Below are positions 63,692-64,000 of a stretch of 64,000 bases of DNA, piece after piece. The DNA is from an uncultured Planctomycetaceae bacterium (GTDB lineage: Bacteria; Planctomycetota; Planctomycetia; Isosphaerales; Isosphaeraceae), in NCBI GenBank assembly GCA_963833985.1, contig CAWIAD010000002.1, positions 1,792,001 to 1,856,000 on the forward strand, read 5' to 3'. Each line of letters starts with the position of its first letter. The first letter of the stretch is position 1. The notes below the pieces were generated by a model. That model saw only the letters and a program-made list of their open reading frames with translations, made no database searches and was not told where the DNA came from. The position numbers were made by a program, and so were the translations under genes.

Positions 63692-64000
63692 TCAGACATC
63701 GTGTCCGGGGATTCCCAGGCTCCGCGCGACCGCCTGCAACTGGTCCCACGTCTTCTCATCGAGGGGAATGCCGTCGCGCGTGCGCTCGACTCGTGATCGA
63801 TGTTCGGGCTCGCCCGGCATGAGGATCTCGCCATCGGGCGTCACCGTCCGCGCGCTTTTCACCCACGCCGTGAAATCCGCGATGTCCTGGTCGAAATCGT
63901 CGCGGGCGCGGAGCCGTTGCGGGTCGATGACGATCGCCAGCATGTTGTTCGCCACGACCTTCGCACCGGGCCGGCTGCATGAGCCTCCCGACAGGGCGCC
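63692..64000 (-). CDS. Ldh_2-family (malate/lactate/ureidoglycolate) dehydrogenase, C-terminal part
   Basis: GALSGG...NNMLAIVIDP...ILMPGEPE...DGIPLDEKTW. Confidence 0.82.
   Translation of the reverse strand, partial: GALSGGSCSRPGAKVVANNMLAIVIDPQRLRARDDFDQDIADFTAWVKSARTVTPDGEILMPGEPEHRSRVERTRDGIPLDEKTWDQLQAVARSLGIPGHDV

Overview
High-GC bacterial DNA, most likely from a planctomycete (inferred from DUF1559 pilin-like genes, a DUF1800/DUF1501 pair, a PVC-type heme protein and a BlaI/M56 pair). Housekeeping genes include a UbiD-family decarboxylase, csrA, argC, an M16 peptidase, aspS, glpD and an Ldh_2 dehydrogenase. About 19 small frameshifts, two of them in the normally essential aspS, point to indel-prone sequencing rather than pseudogenes, so I joined split ORFs by eye. 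Accessory content: (i) a VapBC-type toxin-antitoxin pair with an apparent leaderless promoter; (ii) a 412-aa unknown gene beside a 1.2-kb array of a 51-bp unit in alternating orientation; (iii) a clear fluoride riboswitch upstream of an uncharacterised ORF, crcB and a tandem DUF190 gene; (iv) a T2SS/type-IV-pilus-like cluster with one ATPase, three GspF/PilC paralogues and seven prepilin-like genes; (v) TIR-bounded, REP-carrying miniature elements. The best candidate for an undescribed system is a minus-strand cluster at 35.2-44.9 kb. It encodes an unannotated 57-aa acidic heptad peptide, a membrane-spanning CHAT protease-STAND NTPase-FGE/SUMF1 protein, a secreted triple-PDZ-like protein and a caspase-like protease fused to an alpha/beta-hydrolase. 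The two protease proteins share an RDFGT linker motif. All family calls come from motif recognition; no database search was run.
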